Origin: an uncultured Holophagales bacterium
Lineage (GTDB): Bacteria > Acidobacteriota > Thermoanaerobaculia > Multivoradales > UBA5704
Length of the DNA stretch: 64,000 bases
NCBI GenBank assembly: GCA_963842525.1
Contig: CAWJGT010000023.1
Location: 288,001 to 352,000 of the forward strand
Reading direction: 5' to 3'
Position 1 is the stretch's first letter, and each line of letters starts with the position of its first letter. Below, piece after piece: positions 14,771-24,370 of this stretch. The translations under genes and the position numbers were made by a program. The notes under the pieces are model-generated. The model was not told the DNA's origin, made no database searches, and worked only from the letters and a program-made list of their open reading frames with translations.

Positions 14771-15148
14771 GACCTTCTCCACGATGACGTCGTGTGCGTA
14801 TTGAGCGAGAGCGCCGAGATCGCCAGGATCCGAGGTGAGCACCGTTCCGCCTGGCTCGGCCAAGGCGACTACGAGCGCATCGACCGCGGAGCCTCGCCGT
14901 GCCAACCTCCGCAACAGCGCAGCTCGCCGTGCCAGCGGCTCGCCGATCTCCTCCACGAGATCGCACGTCTTGAGAAAGCTGTTGGAGAGAGCGTCGCGGC
15001 CCGGATGCCCGTGCAAACACTCCACGAGCACGATGGAGGGAACAAGGGGCGGCCACAGCCCCTCTTCGCGAAGCGCCAGGATCAGCGCTGCCACCTGCCG
15101 GGACCGCTCGGCCAAACGGCTGACTCCGCCCGAATCGAGGACCAGCAC
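14768..15148 (-). CDS. PIN-domain (VapC-like) toxin
   Basis: MLVLDSG, VLVEC, SAVDALVVA and VLTSDPGDL acidic PIN motifs. Confidence 0.88.
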   Translation of the reverse strand: MLVLDSGGVSRLAERSRQVAALILALREEGLWPPLVPSIVLVECLHGHPGRDALSNSFLKTCDLVEEIGEPLARRAALLRRLARRGSAVDALVVALAEPGGTVLTSDPGDLGALAQYAHDVIVEKV

Positions 15149-15153
15149 GGCGG

Positions 15154-15402
15154 TCAGCCCGCCTGACGCGTGCGCTGTCGCGCAAGCCGCCGCGCGACGG
15201 CGGCGGCGCGCGTCCGATCAGATGCGGCGGGTGGCCCCACCTCGGCGACCAGATCCGTAATGTAGCGGTCGGTTTCGGCGAGCAGATCCAGCCGTCGCAG
15301 CTCCGCGCGCACAGCCTTCTGAAGCAGCTCCGAGGCCGGAAGACCGCGGGCCTTCACCTGTGTGTACAGGTCGTCGGGGAGGTAAACCTGCATGCGAGCC
15401 AT
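15154..15402 (-). CDS. CcdA/VapB-like antitoxin
   Basis: MARMQVYLPDDLY..ASELLQKAVRAEL ribbon-helix-helix pattern directly upstream of the PIN gene. Confidence 0.85.
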   Translation of the reverse strand: MARMQVYLPDDLYTQVKARGLPASELLQKAVRAELRRLDLLAETDRYITDLVAEVGPPAASDRTRAAAVARRLARQRTRQAG

Positions 15403-15432
15403 ACGCCTAAGTATACACCGGGAAGTGGTGCG

Positions 15433-15612
15433 TCACTCACCGAGAAGGGCTTCCACCTGGATCGCGAAAGAACTCTCGACATCGGCTTCTGCCGAGTCCT
15501 CGGCAAGCATGTCGTAAGCCCTGCTCAGGCGTTCCGCCACCGACCGGTCTGCCATGTTTCTAGCCGCCCGATAGACATCGTCGGGCAGGTTCACAGTGAA
15601 CTCATGGTCCAT
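15433..15612 (-). CDS. Small antitoxin-like protein or remnant (59 aa, not in the ORF track)
   Basis: MDHEFTVNLPDDVYRAARNMADRSVAERLSRAYDMLAEDSAEADVESSFAIQVEALLGE*; homologous to the fragment at 22700-22843. Confidence 0.55.
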   Translation of the reverse strand: MDHEFTVNLPDDVYRAARNMADRSVAERLSRAYDMLAEDSAEADVESSFAIQVEALLGE

Positions 15613-15651
15613 CTCCGTGGGACCCTCCTTATTGGAGCTGCCAGCCGCGGC

Positions 15652-16065
15652 TCACTGGGAAAAGCGCCGCGCCGCATCAAGGGCGGTGCCGAGGGCCGGC
15701 TCGATCTCTCGCCCTTGACGCAGCCAATCCACCACGGAATGCCCCTCCAGCGAGCGAGACGGCGCGACCAGCCAGCCTGCCAGGGTCCAATCATCGACGC
15801 CGGTATTCCGGAAGCACTGCAAGATGTCCGGCAGACGCGGCAGGGTACCGTTGTGCTCGTCGAACTGGAAGGCAGGATAGACAACGACGCCGTCAGCCGT
15901 CCGCAGACCGAGCAGCGTCCGCCGGGCGCGGCGGTTGGCAACCGCCTGGCGGGAGACGTCTCCCAGGAGCTTCGAAACCGTGCTCACGGTGTAGAAGGGG
16001 CCAAGGAGATCTTCCCAGCGCGATGGCTCCGGGATGGTTTCGACCGTCCTCTGCACAGGCACCAT
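15652..16065 (-). CDS. Antitoxin-like protein (HTH plus Xre/MbcA-like C-terminus), no adjacent RES toxin
   Basis: VSRQAVANRR, VYPAFQF, WTLAGWL and SLEGHSVVDWL motifs. Confidence 0.6.
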   Translation of the reverse strand: MVPVQRTVETIPEPSRWEDLLGPFYTVSTVSKLLGDVSRQAVANRRARRTLLGLRTADGVVVYPAFQFDEHNGTLPRLPDILQCFRNTGVDDWTLAGWLVAPSRSLEGHSVVDWLRQGREIEPALGTALDAARRFSQ

Positions 16066-16235
16066 GTCGCAACGTTACGCTGCGGGCGCAATCCTGTCCA
16101 GGTCGTCAAGGAGAGCCACCCTGGCATCATGGCGATCCGTGTTTATACTGTGCTACCGCCCGTGGGCCTGCTAGCCGCGACCGCCCCTTCGGATACGAGC
16201 CCGTATTCCAGTACAATCCTCAGGGAGCCATGCTC

Positions 16236-16583
16236 ATGAACCTGCCCGCCGTGTCCGATCCCGTGCCTCTGACCCTGGCTGAGGACAGCGGTGTGATCCG
16301 TGTGGCCGGGACGCGTGTCACTCTCGACACGGTCATCGGAGCCTTCAAGAGCGGGGCGACTCCCGAGGAGATCGCTCAGGACTACTCGTCGGTCCCGCTG
16401 GCGGACGTGTACGCCGTCATCACCTACTACCTCCGGCATCGATCCGAGGTCGAAGAGTACCTGGACAGGCGTGCGCGGGAGCACCGGGAGCTACGGTGTG
16501 AGATCGAGTCACGCCCCGGCTACCAGGAGTTTCGCGAGCGGCTCCTCGCCCGCATGCAGAAGGCACGGGCAAGCGCGGCCTGA
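16236..16583 (+). CDS. DUF433 antitoxin
   Basis: IRVAGTRVTLDTVI..GATPEEI..LADVYAVITYY. Confidence 0.9.
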   Translation: MNLPAVSDPVPLTLAEDSGVIRVAGTRVTLDTVIGAFKSGATPEEIAQDYSSVPLADVYAVITYYLRHRSEVEEYLDRRAREHRELRCEIESRPGYQEFRERLLARMQKARASAA

Positions 16584-16933
16584 TGCTTCGCCTGGCCGCC
16601 GACGAGAACTTTGACGGCCGCATCGTACGTGGGCTGTTGCGAGTCCTTCCCGACCTCGATCTGGTCCGCGTGCAGGACACTCCCCTTGCGGAGGCCCCCG
16701 ATGAGGAGGTCTTGGAATGGGCAGCCCGCGAAGGGCGCTTGGTGCTGACCCACGACGTTGGCACCATGACGGCGGCCGCTTGGGCTCGTGTCCGGGCCGG
16801 CCTTCCGATGCCTGGTCTCATCGAGGTGAGCTCCGAGCAGCCGATTGGCCGGGCGATCGATGAGATCCGCTTGGTCGTCGTGGCATCCCGAGAGGGAGAG
16901 CACGAAGCGCAGGTGCTCTTCCTCCCGCTTTGA
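16583..16933 (+). CDS. DUF5615 PIN-like toxin
   Basis: LAADEN, DEEVLEWAAREGRLVLTHD; coupled to the DUF433 gene. Confidence 0.9.
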   Translation: MLRLAADENFDGRIVRGLLRVLPDLDLVRVQDTPLAEAPDEEVLEWAAREGRLVLTHDVGTMTAAAWARVRAGLPMPGLIEVSSEQPIGRAIDEIRLVVVASREGEHEAQVLFLPL

Positions 16934-16959
16934 CACCACTCGACCGCCAGCCTGACTCC

Positions 16960-19198
16960 ATGATCGAAGCTCCCTACGCACGGGACCTGCTGCTGCTCGG
17001 CGGCGGGCATTCTCATGCCCTGGCTCTCCGCATGCTTGGGATGCGGCCGCTGCCCGGCGTGCGCGTCACGCTGGTGAGCGACGTCTCTTCCGCACCCTAC
17101 TCGGGCATGCTGCCCGGGCATGTTGCGGGCTTCTATTCGTGGGAGGAGATGCACATCGACCTGCGCCGGCTGTGCGCCTTCGCCGGCGCGACGTTCGTGC
17201 TCGGCCACGTCGAGGGCCTGGAGCCGGAGGCCCGTCTCGTCCACGTGGGCGGCCGGCCGCCGATGCATGCGGACGTCATCTCCCTCAACATCGGCAGCAC
17301 GCCGAGCTTGCGGGACGTGCCGGGCGCGGAGGCTTGGGCCATCCCCGCCAAGCCGGTACCGCAGCTCCTGGCGGGCTGGGAGCGGGTGAAGGCCGCGGCT
17401 GCGCAGCGCGAGCAGCGCCTCGTCCTCGTCGGCGGCGGCGCCGGCGGTGTGGAGCTGGCCTTGACCATGCACCACCAGCTCGGCCGGCGAGGCTCCATCA
17501 CCGTCGTGCACGAGGGCCCACATCTGCTGCCGGGCCACAACCCGCGCGTGCGCAAAATCCTGTCCCGGCTGCTCATGGAACGCGGCATCGCGGTCCGCAT
17601 CGGCACGAGGGTCGTCGAGGTCACCCCGGAGGGCGTGCGCCTTGCGACCGGCGAGCTTCCTGGAGGCGGACTCCGTGTTCTGGGTCACCCAGGTCTCGGC
17701 GCCGCCCTGGGTCGCGGCGAGCGGGCTGGCCACCACGGCGGAGGGGTTCGTCCGCGTGACGCCGACGCTCCAGGCGGTCGATCACCCCTGGATCTTCGCC
17801 GTGGGTGACGTGGCGACGATCGACGGCGAAGCCCGTCCCAAGTCCGGCGTCTTCGCCGTCCGCATGGCCAAGCCGCTCGTGGACAACCTGCGGGCGTCGT
17901 TTGCCGGCCGGCCGCTGCGGATGTACCGTCCCCAGAGCCATCATTTGGGCCTCCTCGGCACCGGCGACGGCCGGGCGGTGGCCTCGCGCCGCTGGCTGGC
18001 GGGCCATTCCGCCTTTTTCTGGCGCCTCAAGGACCGCATCGACCGCCGCTTCATGGCCAAGTTCGAGGACCTGCCCGTGATGCAGGAGGAGCCCGCGGCC
18101 GGTGAGGCCGGCGACGGGCTGGCCGGGCTCCGGCAAAGGGCTCACATGCGTTGCCTCGGCTGCGCGGCCAAGGTGGGCAACACTACGCTCGACCGCGTGA
18201 TCGCCCGCCTGCGCGCAGAGCACGGCACGGCCTGGCAGGATGCCGCACGTACCGGCGCCGTGCTCGCCGGCCTGGAAGCGCCGGATGACGCCGCGGTCTT
18301 CTCCGTGCCGCCGGGCCGGGCGCTGGTCCAGAGCGTCGACTACATGCCGGCTTTGGTCTCCGATCCATTCCTTTTCGGGCGCATCGCCACGCTCCACAGT
18401 TGCAGCGACCTGTTTGCCATGGGCGCGGCGCCGCATAGCGCGCTGGCCGCCGCGCTGGTCCCTTTCGCCTCCGAGGAGGTGACCGAGGAGACGCTCTATC
18501 AACTGCTCAGCGGGGTCCTGCGCGAGCTCACGGCCCTGGACGCCACGCTGCTCGGCGGGCACAGCGCGGAAGCCTCCGTGCTCGGCCTGGCCCTCACGGT
18601 GAACGGCCTGATCGATCCTGCCCGGATCCTGCGCAAGGGTGGGCTGCAATTTGGCGAGGCGCTCCTCCTCACCAAGCCTCTCGGCACAGGCGTCCTCTTC
18701 GCCGCGCACATGCGGCTGCAGGCCAAGGCGGCATGGATCGAGGAGGCGATCGCCTCGATGCTGGCCTCCAATCGGGCCGCGGCCACGATCCTGCGCGATC
18801 ATGGAGCCCGCGGCTGCACGGACGTGACCGGCTTCGGCCTCGCCGGCCATCTCCTGGAGATGCTGCGGCCGCAGCGTCTCGGCGCGAAGCTGCGTCTCGC
18901 CGAGGTCCCTGCCCTGGCAGGAGCCCTGCCGTGCCTGCAACGCGGGCTTGCCAGCTCGCTGCAGCCGGCGAATCAGCGCGCCGTGTCCGCCATTGCGAAT
19001 GCCGCGGCCTTCGCCGGGCACGAGCGATTGGGGCTGCTCTTCGATCCCCAGACCTCCGGCGGCCTCCTGGCCGGCGTGCCGGCGGAGCGCGCCGCCGATT
19101 GCGTCGAGGCTCTCCGTGCGGCAGGCTACGTCCACGCCGCGATCATCGGACAGGTCACCGAGCGCGACGACGCCGAGGCGCCCATTCTTGTGGAGTGA
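16960..19198 (+). CDS. selD: FAD-dependent oxidoreductase-selenide, water dikinase fusion; frameshift near 17650
   Basis: N-terminal LLGGGHSH, YSGMLPG and VGGGAGGVE; C-terminal RCLGCAAKVG, PDDAAV, QSVDY, GGHS, TDVTGFGLAGHL and DPQTSGGLL. Confidence 0.92.
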
Positions 19199-19208
19199 TC
19201 GATACGTG

Positions 19209-20198
19209 ATGAAGCGCTGGAAGACCTGGCTCGTCGTGCTCGGATTTCTCGTCGTGGTGTTCCTGCTCACCCGCGGTCCGGAAGCGCCGACGCCGAATCC
19301 ACCGGGGACCTTTTCCTTTGCCGTTCTGGGCGACGCTCCCTATTACGCGTGGGAGGAGATCCAGTACCGCTTCGTCCTGCAGTCGCTCGACGCCCACGAC
19401 CTCGGCTTCGTCGTCCACGTGGGCGACATCTTCTGGCGGCCCTGCACCGACGAGCACTACCGGCAAGCCCTCGGCTGGCTCAACGGTCTGCGGCACCCGG
19501 TGATCTATACCCCGGGCGACAACGAATGGGTGGATTGCTGGGAGCCGGGCTCCGGCGGCTTCGTGCCGCGCGAACGGCTCGACCGCCTCCGTCAGATCTT
19601 CTTCGCCGACCCGACCCGCAGCCTGGGCGGCAGCCGCCTGTCGCTGGTCAGCCAGGGAGGCCGCGAGCCCTATCCCGAATTCGTCGAGAACGCCCGCTGG
19701 GTCCACCAGGGGATCGTCTTCGCCACCGCTCACATGCCGGGAAGCATGAACGGTCTGGATACCACCTGGCGCATCGAACCCCCTGACGACAAAGCGGGCC
19801 GGAGGACGGAAGCGGCAGCCGCGTGGGTGCGCGAGACGTTCGCCGAGGCCAGGGCTGCGAACGCCTCGGCAGTGGTGCTCGGCTTCCAGGCGAACGCGGA
19901 TTTCGAGAATCCCGTCGACGATTCTTACCGCCGGGCGTTCAACCCGTTCATCCTGGCGGTCGAGGAAGAGGCCGAACGGTTCCCGCGTCCGGTGCTCCTG
20001 GCCCATGGGGACGGCCACAATTACACCGTCGATCACCCGCTCGTCCGGCGCACCACGCGCCGGCGCTTGAAGAACCTCACGCGCCTCCAGGTCCCCGGCT
20101 CACCTCTGGTCGGCTGGGTGCGGGTCGTGGTCGCCCCCGGCGCCGAGAGTCCGTTCGCCTTCGAGGAGCACGTGGTCCCGCGCTGGAAGTATTGGTAG
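19209..20198 (+). CDS. Exported calcineurin-like metallophosphoesterase
   Basis: GDAPY, VHVGDI, YTPGDNEWVD and LAHGDGH motifs; N-terminal hydrophobic segment. Confidence 0.85.
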   Translation: MKRWKTWLVVLGFLVVVFLLTRGPEAPTPNPPGTFSFAVLGDAPYYAWEEIQYRFVLQSLDAHDLGFVVHVGDIFWRPCTDEHYRQALGWLNGLRHPVIYTPGDNEWVDCWEPGSGGFVPRERLDRLRQIFFADPTRSLGGSRLSLVSQGGREPYPEFVENARWVHQGIVFATAHMPGSMNGLDTTWRIEPPDDKAGRRTEAAAAWVRETFAEARAANASAVVLGFQANADFENPVDDSYRRAFNPFILAVEEEAERFPRPVLLAHGDGHNYTVDHPLVRRTTRRRLKNLTRLQVPGSPLVGWVRVVVAPGAESPFAFEEHVVPRWKYW

Positions 20199-20201
20199 GA
20201 G

Positions 20202-21962
20202 TCAGGCTTCACCACCGGCCGCCCGCGTCCAGGCCGGCTCGAGGCGACGCCACAGGCCCACGAGGATCTCCTCGTCGTCGGCCAGCGGCCTTTCCCGGGC
20301 GCCGGTGACGCCGGACGTGGCCAACTCCCGGTTCCTCAGAAGGACGTGGACTCCGCGCTCCGTACGCAGCGCTGAAGGCTTGGCGCCGGCCCATTCGGCG
20401 CCGGCCTTGCGCAGTTGGAGGACGAAGAGGCGGTCCTGGACGAGGAACGCCTTGACCACGTCCGAGAAGAGCGCGGCGGCGACGAAGGTGGGAGCGGCGA
20501 TCCGGGAGGCCCCGAAGGCCACGTCGATGCCCAGGGTGCTCTCGACCTTGCCGGCGAAGTCCGGGTCGAAGAGGCGGACCACGGTGCGGATCTTCGGGCT
20601 CATGCGCCGGGCGGCGAGGCCGATCCCCAGGTTCACGGCGTCGTCGCTGGTCGCCGCGACCACGGCCCGGGCTTTCGGCAGCCCCGCGCGGAGCAACGTG
20701 TCGTCCAGGCGCGCATCTCCCACGACCAGCGGCGCCTTGGTCCGCACGGTGGCCAGGAAGGCGCCGTCCGGATCAGCGTCCACCGCCACGACCGGCACCC
20801 CCAGCGCCACCAGCTCATCGACGACGCGATACCCGACGTTGCCCATGCCCACGACCACGACATGGCGGGACGCCGGCATCGGCGGACTACCAATGAGCTT
20901 GCGCAGCCGCGAGCCCACCAGGTAGTCGGTGAGCATCGAGTAGATGGTGGCCACCGTGATCGAGCCGAGAACCATCAGCAGGATCTCGTACATCTTGATC
21001 TCGGGCCCGGCCTCGGTGAGACCGACCTCGCCGTGCAGGCTGGTCACCGTGAAGAAGACCGCATCCGCCACGGACGCCCGCAGATAGGAGCGAAAGAAGA
21101 GGATCGAAAGCGGGATGAGGAGGCACAGGGCGAGGAAGATCGCACGCAGCGCCAACGGCTCGTCGAGCCAGGCGGAGACCATCCGGCGGCCGAGCCGCGC
21201 GAGCCGCTGGCGGAGGTGATGCAGGAGCGGCTTCCTCTGGTCCAGGAGCGGCACCTCCGTCGGATTGAAGAGCGCATCCCAGTCCTCCTTGCGGCAGAGG
21301 AGGGAGAGACGGTCGCCGGGCTTGAGCGGCTCCTCCCCCGCCGGCAAGGCCAGGGGCTCCTCCTCCGGCCGTTCCCGCGCCAGGACCAGCAGGCCGAAGC
21401 GGCGGGCCACGGCATCCACGGTCGGGCAGCCCGCCAGCGGACCTGCTCCCACCTCCTGGCGTCCGACCACGTACGCGTCGTCACCGAGTGAGAGGCTCGC
21501 CAGGACCGCGTCGCCCAGGGCCGCGGCCGTGAAGCTGGGCGCGGCGAGAGCCGACATGCCGAGCGCCCGGCGGATCGCGAGCGAGGTCTCGAGCTGGCGG
21601 GCGAGCATCTGGTCGAACAGTCGCGCGACGACCGGCAAATCAGGTCGCCGGCGGCGGACGTCGAGAGCGACCTCGATGTTGACCAGATCCTCACCCGTCG
21701 CAGCAATCACCGCCTGTGCCGTCGCGAGGCCGGCTTCCTCCAAAAGGCGGTCGTTGCGGGCATCACCCAGGAGGATACGGACGCCGAAAGCCTCGGCCGT
21801 CTGCCGCCGCTCGTCCCGGACCCGCTCCGTGATCACGACCACGCTCTCGCCCAGCCGGTGCAGGAGCTCCACGATCCGGTATCCCACGTCCCCCATACCG
21901 CAGACGATGAAGTGGCCTGCCACGCGGTGTGCCCTCCTCTTCGGGACCTCTTGGAGCCTCAC
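20202..21962 (-). CDS. Potassium channel family protein with two TrkA-N (RCK) domains
   Basis: IVCGMGDVGYRI and VVVGMGNVGYRV Rossmann motifs flanking TM segments. Confidence 0.88.
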   Translation of the reverse strand: MRLQEVPKRRAHRVAGHFIVCGMGDVGYRIVELLHRLGESVVVITERVRDERRQTAEAFGVRILLGDARNDRLLEEAGLATAQAVIAATGEDLVNIEVALDVRRRRPDLPVVARLFDQMLARQLETSLAIRRALGMSALAAPSFTAAALGDAVLASLSLGDDAYVVGRQEVGAGPLAGCPTVDAVARRFGLLVLARERPEEEPLALPAGEEPLKPGDRLSLLCRKEDWDALFNPTEVPLLDQRKPLLHHLRQRLARLGRRMVSAWLDEPLALRAIFLALCLLIPLSILFFRSYLRASVADAVFFTVTSLHGEVGLTEAGPEIKMYEILLMVLGSITVATIYSMLTDYLVGSRLRKLIGSPPMPASRHVVVVGMGNVGYRVVDELVALGVPVVAVDADPDGAFLATVRTKAPLVVGDARLDDTLLRAGLPKARAVVAATSDDAVNLGIGLAARRMSPKIRTVVRLFDPDFAGKVESTLGIDVAFGASRIAAPTFVAAALFSDVVKAFLVQDRLFVLQLRKAGAEWAGAKPSALRTERGVHVLLRNRELATSGVTGARERPLADDEEILVGLWRRLEPAWTRAAGGEA

Positions 21963-21994
21963 GCAGTGTAGCGTAGGGGCAGGTCAACGCATCT

Positions 21995-22024
21995 TGACAT
22001 CGACCGGCCGGAACAAGCATGATG
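21995..22024 (+). promoter_or_regulatory. Putative sigma70 promoter, leaderless, for the degenerate vapBC pair
   Basis: TTGACA-18 nt-CATGAT, with ATG 5 nt downstream. Confidence 0.5.
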
Positions 22025-22029
22025 CATTC

Positions 22030-22241
22030 ATGCGACCGGAAGCAGCGGCAAAGGTCTCAAGGTGACAGTCAACGAGCCCCTGAGAACCGGCCTCGGAAGG
22101 ACGGAGATGCCTGTCCATCCGTCGAAGTTCAGGATCCGGGCCTTCCTCGACGGTCTCGAGCCGGGTATCGATCCCGACAAGATGAATCGGCTGTCGGACG
22201 AGATCGAAGCCAAAGAGCTTGCGCGGAAGCACCGCGGGTGA
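22030..22241 (+). pseudogene. VapB-like antitoxin with an N-terminal deletion
   Basis: ..KGLKVTVNEPLRTGLG..GLEPGIDPDKMNRLSDEIE* is out of frame with the ATG; the N-terminal RHH strand is missing. Confidence 0.65.
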
Positions 22242-22676
22242 TCCTACCTGACCTCAACCTCATCCTCCACGCTCACAACCGCGGGTCGATGTTTCATGTG
22301 CCCGCGCGGCGCTGGTGGGAGGCGACGATGAGCAGCTCGCACCCGGTGGGGCTCTGCTGGGCGGTGATGCTGGGATTTATTCGCCTGTCCACCCGGCGTG
22401 TCGTCTTTCGTGAGCCTCTGTCAGTCTCTCTCGCCTGTGACGAGATCCGTGCTTGGCTTGCCCAGCCGCAGGTGATCATCCTCGAACCCGGCCGGCACCA
22501 TGCTGCGATCGTCTTCGATCTTTTCGAAACGCTCGGCGCTGGCGGAAACTTTGACGACCGACGCTCACCTGGCTGCTCTCGCGATCGAGCATCAATGCCA
22601 GTCTCTGCACGACGGACGGCGACTTCTCCCTCTTTCCGGGCTGCACTGGTCGAACCCGTTGACGGCTGCGCGATAG
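22238..22676 (+). pseudogene. VapC PIN ribonuclease toxin, frameshifted
   Basis: VILPDLNLILHAHN, WAVMLGFIRLST, GAGGN(L)TTDAHLAALAIE and GLHWSNPL across frames. Confidence 0.8.
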
Positions 22677-22699
22677 CCCGTTGCGGCGTCACTCCGCGA

Positions 22700-22843
22700 G
22701 CAAAGGCCCACCTGAACCGCGAAAGGGTTCTCGACTTCGATCTCTGACGAGTCCTCGGCAAGCATATCGTACGCACTGCCCAGACGTTCCTCCATCCACC
22801 TTTCCGCCTTCTCTGCCAGAGCTTCCTGCTCCAGTCGGTCCAT
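22700..22843 (-). pseudogene. Fragment homologous to 15433..15612
   Basis: ERLGSAYDMLAEDSSEIEVENPFAVQV vs ERLSRAYDMLAEDSAEADVESSFAIQV; shared GAGTCCTCGGCAAGCAT. Confidence 0.6.
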
Positions 22844-22884
22844 GCTGATCTCTCGCCGGTCCGCCGCCTTGCTGCGGAGACGGA

Positions 22885-23850
22885 TCAGGGCCGTCGAAGT
22901 CCAAACGGAGCGAAGGGTAGCGGCAACCGACGACGGTGCATATCAAAGGGCCAGATTTCCGGAACCTTTAACTGCACGAGCGCAGAGCGTTCAGCAATAG
23001 CCAGTGGCCAAGTGAACTCCGGGGCTGATCGCTCCGGCACAATGATATATTGACCATTGGATTGTACCCCGATATGAATCGTTCCTTCGCATCGGGTAGT
23101 CAGTACGAAACGTCGCCTGAGACTGGGCAATGGTAAAACCGGAATGCCTCGTGCGCGCCATCGATACCGATCTGTCGTATCTTGACTAGCATAGCGGCGC
23201 CTAGCATCAGAAATAACAAAAACATCAGGTTGACAGAATTGAAACACATCTTCACAGCATCCGTTCTCCCGTCCGTGGTGGGAAGCCACAAACACAGTGA
23301 CGGAGGCAAGATCTGCGACGAAACCGGGCTGCCGCAACAGTGCACGCCAACCAGCAGTCTCTAGATCACCGGCAAACAAGATCGTGAAAGCGCCATAACG
23401 GATGAAAACGGCCAAGCTAAGATTGTTCGTATCGGTGAAGTCATTTCCATATTGATTAAAGTAGGCCCATGCTCGAACACCCCCGCCATCGGCGATACTA
23501 CCAACCAGTCCTGATCCAAAGCGCTTGAGGATGCCCTGCATCATCCGCACTCCTCTTCCCATACCTCCAGCGCGTTTCATCGCCGCGAGCGCATCCGCAT
23601 GGACAGTTGGGTTGCTAAATATGGAACGGATCGACACATCCCGCCAGAGATAAGATAAATCTCCGACATGATCTTCATCGAGATTTACGATTGCGAGAAG
23701 ATCGATCGGGCTTCCTCTAAAGGCTATAGAGGGGAACCACGGAGGTTCCAAACGGTAACCACAATCAATCATTACACGGGCGCCATTTGGACAGGTAATT
23801 CCAGCACAACTACCGTGGCCTACGTCAAAAATGTCGATGAGCATTTTCAT
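22885..23850 (-). CDS. ComEC/Rec2-like metallo-beta-lactamase-fold hydrolase
   Basis: FDVGHG, MIDCG, NLDEDH (variant HxHxDH), NNLS, LFAGDLE and ASHHG; visibly lower GC. Confidence 0.85.
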   Translation of the reverse strand: MKMLIDIFDVGHGSCAGITCPNGARVMIDCGYRLEPPWFPSIAFRGSPIDLLAIVNLDEDHVGDLSYLWRDVSIRSIFSNPTVHADALAAMKRAGGMGRGVRMMQGILKRFGSGLVGSIADGGGVRAWAYFNQYGNDFTDTNNLSLAVFIRYGAFTILFAGDLETAGWRALLRQPGFVADLASVTVFVASHHGRENGCCEDVFQFCQPDVFVISDARRRYASQDTTDRYRWRARGIPVLPLPSLRRRFVLTTRCEGTIHIGVQSNGQYIIVPERSAPEFTWPLAIAERSALVQLKVPEIWPFDMHRRRLPLPFAPFGLRRP

Positions 23851-23863
23851 TCTAACCTCTTCA

Positions 23864-24370
23864 TTACAACAGCTCTCGGAAGGAGCCGATCTCCATCCGA
23901 TAGCGGTTCTTCTCTAACACGGATCTTGCCTCTTCAGCTTCATCCACGGTCCAGTAGCCTGTCCGGATGGCGAGAAGGAAGAGGCCTGGAGTGTTGAGGA
24001 GGCGATCAGGCCCAAGGAGCCTCTTGGCTTCACTGCGGACGCTCCGCTTTTCATCGCAAGCAAATAGCCATCCTCTGGATACCGCGAGCGTGAGGCATGC
24101 AGCCTCTCCCAGCTTCATCTGCTTGCGAAATTTGAAGAGTTGGACCAGCTCCGATGGCTGGTCGAGGGAAACTTCCTGCAGGATCCCGACCTCAAGCGCT
24201 GCACGCACGCGACTCTTTTGGTCGGGCTTTTTCACCTCTGCCAAGACTTCGGCAGGAATCACAAACTGAAGTCGGTCGAGTGCTCCGAAGAGTTCGAGCC
24301 GGTCGAGTATGACCATGTTGATCAGCACCGAGGTGTCCATTACAACAGTCTCTGGCTCGCCTCCGCTCAC
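23864..24370 (-). CDS. PIN-domain protein (DUF3368-like)
   Basis: VVMDTSVLIN, EVLAEV, LGEAACLTLA and ACDEK motifs. Confidence 0.85.
   Translation of the reverse strand: MSGGEPETVVMDTSVLINMVILDRLELFGALDRLQFVIPAEVLAEVKKPDQKSRVRAALEVGILQEVSLDQPSELVQLFKFRKQMKLGEAACLTLAVSRGWLFACDEKRSVRSEAKRLLGPDRLLNTPGLFLLAIRTGYWTVDEAEEARSVLEKNRYRMEIGSFRELL

Noticed and set aside
17640-17660. Programmed frameshift or selenocysteine recoding in selD
   Set aside because: The active site is Cys, no slippery site is evident, and similar indels occur throughout the window.
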